In this document: piece by piece, positions 1-7,784 of the stretch
How positions within the stretch are numbered: the stretch's first letter is position 1
Layout of the letters: the number at the start of each line of letters is the position of its first letter
From: an uncultured Gammaproteobacteria bacterium
GTDB lineage: Bacteria; Patescibacteriota; Microgenomatia; UBA12405
DNA: 44,878 nucleotides
Reading direction: 5' to 3'
Assembly (NCBI GenBank): GCA_964637525.1
Contig: CAZWUG010000001.1
Coordinates: 1 to 44,878, forward strand
Made by a program: the position numbers and the translations under genes
The notes under the pieces: generated by a model
Told to the model about the DNA's origin: nothing
The model's input: the letters and a program-made list of their open reading frames with translations, nothing else
Databases searched by the model: none

Positions 1-2
1 TC

Positions 3-89
3 AGTCAATACGAACTTAAAAAAGCTATTAACTTAGTTAATGGTGGAACTAATATCACAGCTATCTTTTGGCGTTACGGTTTACAATAA
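3..89 (+). CDS. C-terminal fragment of a CDS cut by the window edge; product unknown
   Basis: The frame is open from the first bases (..SQYELKKAINLVNGGTNITAIFWRYGLQ) to TAA at 87-89. It is too short to assign. Confidence 0.2.
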   Translation, partial: SQYELKKAINLVNGGTNITAIFWRYGLQ

Positions 90-154
90 GAAAAGGTCTT
101 ACATGTTCAATTCTCATTAACATATCAATGATCAGGTAGTTCATCTCTCATTAT

Positions 155-715
155 TTATTCTTCTGGTTCTGGTGGCAAAAACTCTTCACCATTATCACTT
201 TCTGTTTGACCAGCTTTCAGCCACAATACATAGTCGCATCCTGTTGCCTTTTTGGCTTCTCTGTCCCAACCGGAAGTACTGCATTTTTTCATTCTTTTGC
301 CGTTAGCTGTAGTGAACAAAACTAAGTTTTCCCCACACTTAGGACATTTTTCATCCAAATTTTCAGCAGTGCCATTAACCCATTCCACATAATCACACCC
401 AATTGCTTTTTTAGCTTCTTTATCCCATGATCCGGCACTACATTTTTTCATCTTTTTGCCAAACCTAGTTACTTGAAGAACTAATGGAGCCCCACACTTA
501 GGACATTTTTCATCCAACTCTTTTGGCTCCACCTCTAGCCATTTTACATAATCACAGCCTTCATTTTTATGAGTTTGTGGATTCCATGAACCTTGACTAC
601 ATCGCTGTAACCTTCTTCCGGTTGCGGTTTCAGTAATCGGCCCTAATGAGGCACCACATTTTGGACATTTTTCTTCATTTTGATTCATATCTTCTATCCT
701 AACATCTATGATCAT
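155..715 (-). CDS. Stand-alone topoisomerase-type C4 zinc-ribbon protein (YrdD-like) with three tandem fingers and an acidic tail
   Basis: 186 aa. It has three ~46-aa repeats, each EKCPKCG...(K/R)CS.GSW...GCDYV.W with 4 Cys, which is the type IA topoisomerase C-terminal zinc-ribbon signature. There is no Toprim or catalytic domain. The C-terminus is acidic (ESDNGEEFLPPEPEE). Confidence 0.8.
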   Translation of the reverse strand: MIIDVRIEDMNQNEEKCPKCGASLGPITETATGRRLQRCSQGSWNPQTHKNEGCDYVKWLEVEPKELDEKCPKCGAPLVLQVTRFGKKMKKCSAGSWDKEAKKAIGCDYVEWVNGTAENLDEKCPKCGENLVLFTTANGKRMKKCSTSGWDREAKKATGCDYVLWLKAGQTESDNGEEFLPPEPEE

Positions 716-769
716 TCAAAACCATTATTAAAATTCAAAACCAAATTATTTTTTATGTATAATTAATTT

Positions 770-1531
770 ATGAAAACTTACATTGAAAAAATTATCCCCG
801 CCTTTTTAGTTATTATTTTCTTCTTTTTAGCCGCCTCGGTTTATTCTAAATTTGGTAACCCTTTATCTTTTTCTGTCAACAGTAATGTCACCAATAAATC
901 CGATATTTTTACCGTCACTGGTGAAGGAACTGTTTCTATTAAGCCTGATATTGCTTATGTCAATGTTGGTATTCAAAAAAATGCCTCAACCGTCAAACAA
1001 GCCCAATCTCAAATAAATGAAGTTATGAACAAAATTATTTCTGGGCTTAAAAATCTTGATATTGACTCAAAAAATATTCAAACTACAAGTTACTTTATTA
1101 ATCCAAATTATGATTGGAAAGATGGCACCCAAAAAATAACTGGTTATTCTGCCAGCACTCAATTAAAAGTCAAAATTACTGATCTTGACAAAATTAATGA
1201 CGTCATTGATTCGGCCACTGCCAATGGAGCCAATCAAGTTAGTAATATTACTCTTGATGTCGATGACCGCGATGCTGCCGAAGATTCGGCTCGTAAAGAT
1301 GCTATCACTCAAGCCAACAAAAAAGCCGAAGCTGCGGCTAAAGCTGCTGGATTTAAACTAGGTAAAATTATTAGCTATTACGAAAACTCTAATAACAGCA
1401 ATCTAGTTCGACCGGTTGCCTATAGCCTAAAAGAAGCTGCCGGTGTCACCGACCAAGCACTCAATACTAATATTCAAACTGGAAGTGAAGAAGTCAAAAT
1501 TATCGTCAACATCAGTTATCAAATTAACTAA
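770..1531 (+). CDS. SIMPL/DUF541-family secreted or membrane-anchored protein (26-kDa periplasmic immunogenic protein family)
   Basis: 253 aa with an N-terminal hydrophobic anchor (IIPAFLVIIFFFLAASVY). TVTGEGTVSIKPDIAYVNVGI and the C-terminal GSEEVKIIVNISYQI are typical of SIMPL domains. Confidence 0.75.
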   Translation: MKTYIEKIIPAFLVIIFFFLAASVYSKFGNPLSFSVNSNVTNKSDIFTVTGEGTVSIKPDIAYVNVGIQKNASTVKQAQSQINEVMNKIISGLKNLDIDSKNIQTTSYFINPNYDWKDGTQKITGYSASTQLKVKITDLDKINDVIDSATANGANQVSNITLDVDDRDAAEDSARKDAITQANKKAEAAAKAAGFKLGKIISYYENSNNSNLVRPVAYSLKEAAGVTDQALNTNIQTGSEEVKIIVNISYQIN

Positions 1532-2061
1532 TGGGTTTAGTTAAAGTTCTTGTTGCTTCTACCAACCCTGTCAAAATAGAATCCGTTAAGTTGGCTTTTA
1601 CCAAAATGTATCCTGATATTGATTTTATTTTTAAAGGAGTATCGGTACCCTCAGGCGTTTCCAATCAACCCCTTGGTGAAAAAGAAACTCTCAGAGGAGC
1701 CAGAAATCGGGTAAATAATTTATCCAAATTAAATCAAGCTGGTTATTTTATTGGTATCGAAGGCGGGTCAAAAAGAGTTGGAAAGGAGATGGAAACTTTT
1801 GCTTGGGTAGTTATTAAATCAGAGAATAAAATCAGTAAAAGCCGAACTTCATCATTTTTCTTGCCAAAAAAAATTATTCAATTAATTAACCAAGGGATAG
1901 AACTTGGGGAAGCTGATGATATTGTTTTTAATCGTAAAAACTCCAAACAATCAAACGGTGCTATTGGTATCCTTACTAACGACATTATCACTCGTACCTC
2001 TTATTATGAACAGGCAGTAATTATGGCCTTAATTCCCTTCAAAAATATAAAGCTTTATTAA
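1531..2061 (+). CDS. yjjX: Inosine/xanthosine triphosphatase (YjjX/DUF84 non-canonical purine NTPase)
   Basis: 176 aa. VLVASTNPVKIESVKLAF, SGVSNQPLGEKETLRGARNRV, FAWVVI and YYEQAVIMALIPF are collinear with E. coli YjjX. The start overlaps the upstream stop (TAATG at 1529-1533). Confidence 0.8.
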   Translation: MGLVKVLVASTNPVKIESVKLAFTKMYPDIDFIFKGVSVPSGVSNQPLGEKETLRGARNRVNNLSKLNQAGYFIGIEGGSKRVGKEMETFAWVVIKSENKISKSRTSSFFLPKKIIQLINQGIELGEADDIVFNRKNSKQSNGAIGILTNDIITRTSYYEQAVIMALIPFKNIKLY

Positions 2062-2340
2062 TGTTATTACTCTTCTTCGGTCACATAAAAGAATATTAGC
2101 TATTTTCACACTATCACAAACAATCTCCATTGTCCTTGACCCTTAAATTTAAAAAGCCAATCCAATCAACGATCCACCATCCAAATTAACTCCTGTTTTA
2201 CAGTTCAACTCTTACCGACACCACCACCTAGTGAAATGTTCTTTTCCCTCTGGTTGTCAAAAGAATAAAATTATTTTTATCAATTTGGCAAAAAGCAGTT
2301 CTATTAGCAGATGTTTCTGTGTCTGAAGTGTTAACTTTCC
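2062..2340. other. Unusually long (279 nt) ORF-free gap between convergent genes; possible decayed gene remnant
   Basis: No ORF of 60 aa or more, and no tRNA-like or obvious terminator structure. The minus strand shows short protein-like stretches in different frames (..TAFCQIDKNNFILLTTRGKRTFH*, ..KTGVNLDGGSLIGLAF*) without start codons. Confidence 0.2.
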
Positions 2341-2601
2341 TTACAAATCTTCCGGCGCAAAAAAATAATGGAAACCATCCATTTCTTTATTATACTCAAT
2401 TGCTTCTTCTACTTGTTTATCAGTTAATGTCGGGCCTACTTCAGCATCTAAATCAATAATAGTTTCTTGCCCTGTTTGTTCATTCCCTTGTTCTGTTCCT
2501 TTTGAAACCGTATCTACTCGATTTTTAATTCTCACCGACACTAGTAAAACCGCTATCACCATAATAATCCCTATTATTAATAATTTGAAATTATTTTTCA
2601 T
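2341..2601 (-). CDS. Small single-pass membrane protein, function unknown
   Basis: 86 aa with an N-terminal TM helix (LLIIGIIMVIAVLLVSV) and an acidic C-terminal half. It starts 2 nt after the stop of the upstream 556-aa gene, so it is probably co-transcribed. Confidence 0.55.
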   Translation of the reverse strand: MKNNFKLLIIGIIMVIAVLLVSVRIKNRVDTVSKGTEQGNEQTGQETIIDLDAEVGPTLTDKQVEEAIEYNKEMDGFHYFFAPEDL

Positions 2602-2603
2602 AT

Positions 2604-4274
2604 TTAAATAGAACTTGCTTTAATTGCTAAACAATAAGTTGAGTGTGCTTTACCACCGGCAACCCTATTTGACCAATAATTAAAGTTTCCCGGAACACCG
2701 GAGTCTACCAAAGCGATATCCCCTGTTGAAGTGGTTGCTGCTGCCACCAGCCAATGTCCACCCCCATCCTTTTTGCTAAAGTGAACTATTAATACCCATC
2801 CACTGCAAAGCATATTTGACACAACTTTTTTATCGCATGAAAATTTTTTCCCACTATTATAAAGCGCTCCTTTCCCTAAATTGGCCATTAACGTGTTTGA
2901 CATACTTGTCCAACTTATTGGGCAAGCTCCGCCATGTGTAAAAAAATCAGATCTACATCCCATACTTGGTGTCAAAAGACATTTTGGAGTATTTCTGGGA
3001 TTATGAGCTTGTAAAATAGCCGATACAGAAACTAATCCACATCCACTACTACAAACAGTATTACGAGAACAGTGAGAATTCATTGATAATCTTGAATTTT
3101 CTTCAGAACACTGGTATGTCCCCACTGCTTTACTTGTTTGATTACATACTAATCTTCCTTTTGATGGATCAAGTCCCATATTGTTTACCCTTGTTGGTGT
3201 TGGCATTCTTGTCGGTGTCGGTGTATTTGTTGGTTTAGCTCTGACTGTTACCGAAACTGTTTTACTAACGTTGTTTGAAGTTTTTAAAATTATGTTCGTT
3301 GTTCCTGGGTTTTTAGCATACACCAGTCCTTTTTCATCCATACTCACAATATAGCCATCATAACTCCAAAATATAGTCGGATTCTTAGCATTACCAGGCA
3401 CCACACTAAAAGTAAGTTGTTGTTGTTCTCCGGCATAAAGATTTAATGAAGCTGGATTTACATTAATGCCAGTCGCTAACCCACTGACAGCCGAGGGCGT
3501 CGTTGGCTTAGGAGTTAAGGCTGATGTAGCAGACTTTGTTGGTGTTGGCACTTTTGTGGGAGCATTAGTTGGTGATGGATCTACTGTAATTGTTAGTAAT
3601 GTGCTTCTTCCATTTGATCCGGATACAATCACGTTAGTTTTTCCTGCTTGTTTAGCTGTAATTAACCCGGATGGAGTAATGTCGACAATGTCGCCGTTGT
3701 AAGTCCAACTTAAATTTTTATCGCTGACATTATCTGGTTCAAAATAAACCGTAATTTGTTGTTTATCTCCGGGGTAAAGTTCTACACTATTAGCACTTAA
3801 TCTAATTCTGGAAAGAAGAGCTATTGTCGGAGTTGGAGTAGGAGTTTCGGTCGGAACCAGTGTTGGTTGAGGTGTTGGCGTAATTGTTGGTGTTGGAGTA
3901 ATGGTCGGAGTTGGCGTAATCGTTGGAATCAAAGTCGGTGTTGGACTTGGTGTTAAAGTTGGGATTAAAGTTACTGTTGGAGTCAATGATTTACTTGGAG
4001 TAACTATTTGAGAAGAGACGCCGGAAGTCACTTTTGGAGTCTCTGTTGTTCCTTCACTCTTAGTATCAAAATCAGTTATCACTTTTTGAGTTGGAGTTAC
4101 GGTAGTCTTAATCGTTGTTGGGGTTACACCCGTCGGTACGTTAGCTACTTTACTACCGCTATTCATTCTTGCCGATAAAATCAACATGCAGATTATTGCT
4201 GATAAAACTAAAACTCCATAAGAAATCTTACTCCCCAAATCTAAATTTTTAACCCAATTTAAAATTTTATCCAT
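2604..4274 (-). CDS. Membrane-anchored surface protein: PT-rich linkers, two Big_2 Ig-like domains, and a Cys-rich C-terminal papain-fold (C39-like) peptidase-like domain
   Basis: 556 aa with an N-terminal TM helix (residues ~17-35) and a (TPTPTI)n linker. There are two ~75-aa segments of the type L.L..G..QQ(I/L)T....P.N....(L/I).W.Y.G.IV.....G(L)(I/V).AK..G.TN(V/I)I, which looks like Big_2. The C-terminal ~190 aa carries many Cys, with SGCGLVSVSAILQAH (candidate nucleophile) and GGGHWLVAAATTSTGDIALVDSG (candidate His/Asp). Confidence 0.7.
   Translation of the reverse strand: MDKILNWVKNLDLGSKISYGVLVLSAIICMLILSARMNSGSKVANVPTGVTPTTIKTTVTPTQKVITDFDTKSEGTTETPKVTSGVSSQIVTPSKSLTPTVTLIPTLTPSPTPTLIPTITPTPTITPTPTITPTPQPTLVPTETPTPTPTIALLSRIRLSANSVELYPGDKQQITVYFEPDNVSDKNLSWTYNGDIVDITPSGLITAKQAGKTNVIVSGSNGRSTLLTITVDPSPTNAPTKVPTPTKSATSALTPKPTTPSAVSGLATGINVNPASLNLYAGEQQQLTFSVVPGNAKNPTIFWSYDGYIVSMDEKGLVYAKNPGTTNIILKTSNNVSKTVSVTVRAKPTNTPTPTRMPTPTRVNNMGLDPSKGRLVCNQTSKAVGTYQCSEENSRLSMNSHCSRNTVCSSGCGLVSVSAILQAHNPRNTPKCLLTPSMGCRSDFFTHGGACPISWTSMSNTLMANLGKGALYNSGKKFSCDKKVVSNMLCSGWVLIVHFSKKDGGGHWLVAAATTSTGDIALVDSGVPGNFNYWSNRVAGGKAHSTYCLAIKASSI
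3825..3986 (-). repeat. Coding low-complexity Pro/Thr repeat (linker) inside the 556-aa surface protein gene
   Basis: Encodes LTPTVTLIPTLTPSPTPTLIPTITPTPTITPTPTITPTPQPTLVPTETPTPTPT. The plus strand reads as reiterated ggtgttgg/ggagttgg units. Confidence 0.9.
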
Positions 4275-4280
4275 CAGACA

Positions 4281-4286
4281 ATTTTA
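4281..4286 (-). promoter_or_regulatory. Putative -10 box (TAAAAT), 6 nt upstream of ATG 4274; leaderless-type
   Basis: The minus strand reads gTTAAAATtgtctgATG. Confidence 0.4.
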
Positions 4287-4343
4287 ACTTATTTTTTATT
4301 CAATAACTAGTAATATTATTTAATTTTGTTAACATAAAACCTT

Positions 4344-4793
4344 ATGATCACTAAAGTTGGCAAACAAAAACTAGAAGAACACCTCAAACAACTCGAAGAC
4401 GAATTAGCCCGAACTTGTGAAGATCGTGGCAAGGCTGCTGAAGAAGGTGATCTAAAAGAAAATTCCGCCTATATTTTTTTAGGGGAAAGAGCTTTAGTTC
4501 TTTATTCTCAAATTGATCAGGTTAAAGCAGACCTTCATCAAGAAATTATTCAGCCGGCACCAAATCAAACTGACACTATTGTTTTTGGTAGCCGTGTTAA
4601 AATTCGTTTTGAATCTGATAGTAGGGAATTGGATATTACTCTAGTCGGTAAAAATGATTTTAATTTATTTCCTGGCTGGATATCATCTGAAAGTCCTCTT
4701 GGAATAGCCCTGATGAATCAAACTAAAGATGCCCAAGTTTTAGTCAACGATCAAACTGTAACCATCCTTGATATTGGTATTGGTGAGATATAA
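4344..4793 (+). CDS. greA: Transcription elongation factor GreA
   Basis: 149 aa. It has an N-terminal coiled coil with EEGDLKENSAY and a C-terminal domain with SSESPLGIALMNQTKDAQVLV, which is the GreA/GreB signature layout. Confidence 0.85.
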   Translation: MITKVGKQKLEEHLKQLEDELARTCEDRGKAAEEGDLKENSAYIFLGERALVLYSQIDQVKADLHQEIIQPAPNQTDTIVFGSRVKIRFESDSRELDITLVGKNDFNLFPGWISSESPLGIALMNQTKDAQVLVNDQTVTILDIGIGEI

Positions 4794-4815
4794 GTATTTT
4801 TAATTTTCAAAATAC
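4794..4815. terminator. Weak AT-only hairpin between convergent genes
   Basis: gtatttt-taattttc-aaaatac, a 7-bp stem with no G:C pairs apart from the closing pair. It sits between the greA stop and the stop of the 4815..5153 gene. Confidence 0.2.
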
Positions 4816-5153
4816 TAATCAAATAAATTTTTATACAAAGTAATAGTCGTTGTTCCAACAAGCCCCCAAAAAACTGACATCCAAATCGGGATTCTGAATA
4901 TCTGCCCAACAATATAAGACCAAACTCCTCCAAAATTAACCAAAATTATTTCTATCATCAAACCACCCATAGAAACTAAAATAAACCATAAAAATTCGCT
5001 TTTAATAGGACAAATCAGATGCTTGATATAAGCAATTGCCATAAGTAGTATGGTAAGTAAAATTGTTAATCTCCACAAAAATAGAATCAATATTGAAGAC
5101 AATAAAATAACCAAAATCGGTAATATAACTCTCCCAAAAGTTTTTCTCTCCAT
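4815..5153 (-). CDS. Small polytopic membrane protein, function unknown
   Basis: 112 aa with 3-4 predicted hydrophobic helices. No family recognised. Confidence 0.55.
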   Translation of the reverse strand: MERKTFGRVILPILVILLSSILILFLWRLTILLTILLMAIAYIKHLICPIKSEFLWFILVSMGGLMIEIILVNFGGVWSYIVGQIFRIPIWMSVFWGLVGTTTITLYKNLFD

Positions 5154-5192
5154 ATTTTCTAATTGTAATTAATTATAAAACAGTTCACCATC

Positions 5193-5221
5193 TTGTCAAA
5201 ATGACATACTCATACTAAAAT
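5193..5221 (+). promoter_or_regulatory. Putative sigma70-type promoter of the suf operon (TTGTCA-17 nt-TAAAAT), with the -10 box 9 nt from ATG 5231
   Basis: TTGTCA at 5193-5198, a 17-nt spacer and TAAAAT at 5216-5221. No Shine-Dalgarno sequence lies between the box and the start codon. Confidence 0.45.
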
Positions 5222-5230
5222 AGTCTTAGT

Positions 5231-5956
5231 ATGATTCAATTTAAAAATATTTCTGTTTCTGTTGATAAAAAATCAATTTTAAGAAACATTACATTTAACC
5301 TAAAACCTGGCAAAATCATAGCTCTTATGGGACCAAATGGTAGCGGTAAATCCACTATTGCTCTTACTTTGGCTGGTCATCCAAACTATACCATCACTTC
5401 AGGAAAAATTATTTTAGGTAAAAAGGATATTACTAATTTTTCTCCCGACAAAAAAGCTAATTTGGGTATTTTTTTATCCAATCAGTCTCCGGTTACCATT
5501 CCTGGTCTTAACATCAAAAGTTTTCTTTGGCAAATTTTCAAAAAATTTCATCCGGATAAAAAATTGTCTCTTTCCGAATTTCGTAGTTGGTTATCTTTCG
5601 AGTCCGACACTTTAGGTATCAAAAGTGAATTGTTAGACCGTAATCTTAATGATGGTTTTTCCGGTGGTGAACGTAAAAAAATGGAGGTTCTTCAAATGTT
5701 GGTTTCTTCGCCTAAATATTTAATTTTAGATGAAATTGACTCTGGTCTCGATGTTGACGCTCTCAAAATTATTTCTTTGCGAATTCAAAAATTAGCTCAA
5801 GATTTGAATTCTGCTATTTTAATTATCACTCATTCCCGTCGTATTTTAGATTATCTTAAACCCACCCAAGTTTTAGTTTTGGATCAAGGCCAAATTAAAA
5901 CCACCGGTGAATCAGATCTTGTCCAAAAAATCGAAACTAATGGTTTTAATCTCTAA
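5231..5956 (+). CDS. sufC: Fe-S cluster assembly ATPase SufC
   Basis: 241 aa with Walker A GPNGSGKST, the ABC signature FSGGERKK and Walker B LILDEIDSGLD. It is followed by sufB. Confidence 0.95.
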   Translation: MIQFKNISVSVDKKSILRNITFNLKPGKIIALMGPNGSGKSTIALTLAGHPNYTITSGKIILGKKDITNFSPDKKANLGIFLSNQSPVTIPGLNIKSFLWQIFKKFHPDKKLSLSEFRSWLSFESDTLGIKSELLDRNLNDGFSGGERKKMEVLQMLVSSPKYLILDEIDSGLDVDALKIISLRIQKLAQDLNSAILIITHSRRILDYLKPTQVLVLDQGQIKTTGESDLVQKIETNGFNL

Positions 5957-5958
5957 TT

Positions 5959-7356
5959 ATGGCCAAACCATCTTACCAAAAATTACCTTATGAATATGGT
6001 TTTTCTTCACCGGAAATTTCTGTCTTCAAAACTCAACAGGGGATTAATAAAGATATCATTAAAACCATTTCTCGGATTAAAAACGAGGACAGTAAAATGT
6101 TAAATTTTCGTCTCCGTGCTTTTCAATATTTTTCCGATCAACCCATGCCTGTTTGGGGTCCCGATCTTTCTGATATAAACTTTGACGATATTTATTATTA
6201 TCTTAAACCCACCGACCGGGAAGGCCATACTTGGAATGAAGTGCCGTTAGAAATCAAAAATACTTACGACAAGCTTGGCATCCCTCAGGCCGAAAAGGAA
6301 TTTTTAGGCGGTGTCAAAGCTCAATATGAATCCGAAGTTATTTATGGATCATTAATGGAAAAACTTCAAAAACAAGGTGTAATTTTTTGCGGTATGGACG
6401 AAGCGATTAAAAAATATCCTAAAATTGTCTGGAAATATTTTGGCAAAATTGTTCCCCCTGATGATAATAAATTTGCTTCATTAAATAGTGCCGTTTGGTC
6501 TGGTGGCTCTTTTATTTACATCCCAAAAAATGTTCATGTTGAGTTACCTTTACAGACTTATTTTCGGATTAATAGCCAAAAGATGGGTCAATTCGAACGA
6601 ACCTTAATTATTGCTGACGAAGGTTCTTTTGTCCACTATATCGAAGGTTGTACTGCTCCAATTTATTCCACCGATTCTCTTCATGCTGCTGTAGTCGAAG
6701 TTTTTGCCAAAAAAAATGCCCGGGTTCGTTATACCACTATTCAAAATTGGTCAACCAATGTCTATAACTTAGTCACCAAAAGAGCTCAGATTGAAGAAAA
6801 TGGGGTTATGGAATGGGTCGACGGTAATCTTGGCAGTAAAATCACTATGAAATATCCTAGCAATATTTTAGCCGGCCCAGGCGCTCACGCCGAAGTTTTA
6901 TCTATTGCCGTTGCTTCTGGCATTCAACATCTTGATGCCGGCGCCAAAGCCATTCATTTAGCTCCCAACACTACCAGTCGCATTGTCTCTAAATCTGTCA
7001 GTCTTCATGGTGGTCATAGTAGTTATCGAGGTATAGTTTATATCAGTCAAGGTGCCACCAACGCTCGTTCCAAAGTTGTTTGTGACGCTTTGATTTTAGA
7101 CCAAAAATCTCACTCCGATACTTATCCAGTCAACAAAAACTCCGAAAGTTCAGCTTTTATTGAACACGAAGCCACTGTTAGCAAAATTGGCCAGGATCAG
7201 CTTTTTTATCTTATGTCTCGTGGTTTTTCTCAAAATAAAGCTGAGGCCATGATCGTTAATGGCTTTGTAGAGCCCATTGTTAAAGAATTGCCCATGGAGT
7301 ATAGTCTCGAACTTAATCGTCTTATTAATTTACAAATGGAAGGTAAACTAGGATGA
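5959..7356 (+). CDS. sufB: Fe-S cluster assembly scaffold protein SufB
   Basis: 465 aa. FVHYIEGCTAP, NWSTNVYNLVTKRA, HLAPNTTSRIVSKS and DQLFYLMSRGF are all classic SufB blocks. Confidence 0.95.
   Translation: MAKPSYQKLPYEYGFSSPEISVFKTQQGINKDIIKTISRIKNEDSKMLNFRLRAFQYFSDQPMPVWGPDLSDINFDDIYYYLKPTDREGHTWNEVPLEIKNTYDKLGIPQAEKEFLGGVKAQYESEVIYGSLMEKLQKQGVIFCGMDEAIKKYPKIVWKYFGKIVPPDDNKFASLNSAVWSGGSFIYIPKNVHVELPLQTYFRINSQKMGQFERTLIIADEGSFVHYIEGCTAPIYSTDSLHAAVVEVFAKKNARVRYTTIQNWSTNVYNLVTKRAQIEENGVMEWVDGNLGSKITMKYPSNILAGPGAHAEVLSIAVASGIQHLDAGAKAIHLAPNTTSRIVSKSVSLHGGHSSYRGIVYISQGATNARSKVVCDALILDQKSHSDTYPVNKNSESSAFIEHEATVSKIGQDQLFYLMSRGFSQNKAEAMIVNGFVEPIVKELPMEYSLELNRLINLQMEGKLG
7201..7229 (+). repeat. 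29-nt exact repeat shared by sufB and the short sufD-like gene (second copy at 7704-7732)
   Basis: cttttttatcttatgtctcgtggtttttc occurs at 7201-7229 and at 7704-7732. Both copies encode LFYLMSRGFS. Confidence 0.9.
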
Positions 7357-7778
7357 AATATCATCAAGTTCTGCACCAGTCAGGAGAAACCCGAAATTTT
7401 ACCAAAAATCTTTTGATTAAATCAGGTGAGATAGTCGAGTTAGAAACTGTCATGGAATTTATTGCCCCTCAAACTACCGGCAATACTCTTATCAAAGCCG
7501 TGGTTATGCCCGGTGGCAATTTATCTCTCAAAGGTATTATTAAGATCAAAAAACCAGCTGTTCAAGCCCAAGCTTTTTTAAAACATTCTGTTTTATTAAT
7601 TGGTCCTAATTCTCGGGCTGTTTCTGTTCCTGAATTAGAAATTGAAAATAATCATGTTCAAGCCTCTCATGCTTCGGCTATCGGTCCGGTTGATCCTGAG
7701 CAACTTTTTTATCTTATGTCTCGTGGTTTTTCAAAAAAAGATGCTCTAGACTTAATTATCCAATCTTTTTTGGCTTAA
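7353..7778 (+). CDS. sufD: Truncated SufD-like protein (SufBD C-terminal beta-helix segment only)
   Basis: 141 aa. AQAFLKHSVLLIGPNSRAVSVPELEIENNHVQASHASAIGPVDPEQLFYLMSRGFSKKDA matches the C-terminal core of SufB/SufD. It has an ATGA overlap with sufB and is much shorter than typical SufD. Confidence 0.7.
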   Translation: MKYHQVLHQSGETRNFTKNLLIKSGEIVELETVMEFIAPQTTGNTLIKAVVMPGGNLSLKGIIKIKKPAVQAQAFLKHSVLLIGPNSRAVSVPELEIENNHVQASHASAIGPVDPEQLFYLMSRGFSKKDALDLIIQSFLA

Positions 7779-7784
7779 ATATTT

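Noticed and set aside
3466-3702. 78-aa plus-strand ORF antisense to the surface-protein gene
   Set aside because: It is the Gly/Val-rich mirror translation of a Pro/Thr-rich coding repeat, with no independent start context.
3825-3986. Pro/Thr-coding repeats (also 14790-14830 and 43130-43200) as possible DGR template/variable repeats or CRISPR-like arrays
   Set aside because: They are in-frame low-complexity linker codons inside genes. There is no reverse transcriptase, no spacer/repeat periodicity and no second diverged copy with A-specific mismatches.
4751-4933. 60-aa minus-strand ORF overlapping the greA 3' end and the 112-aa membrane protein gene
   Set aside because: It overlaps two better-supported genes in another frame and has no motif support.
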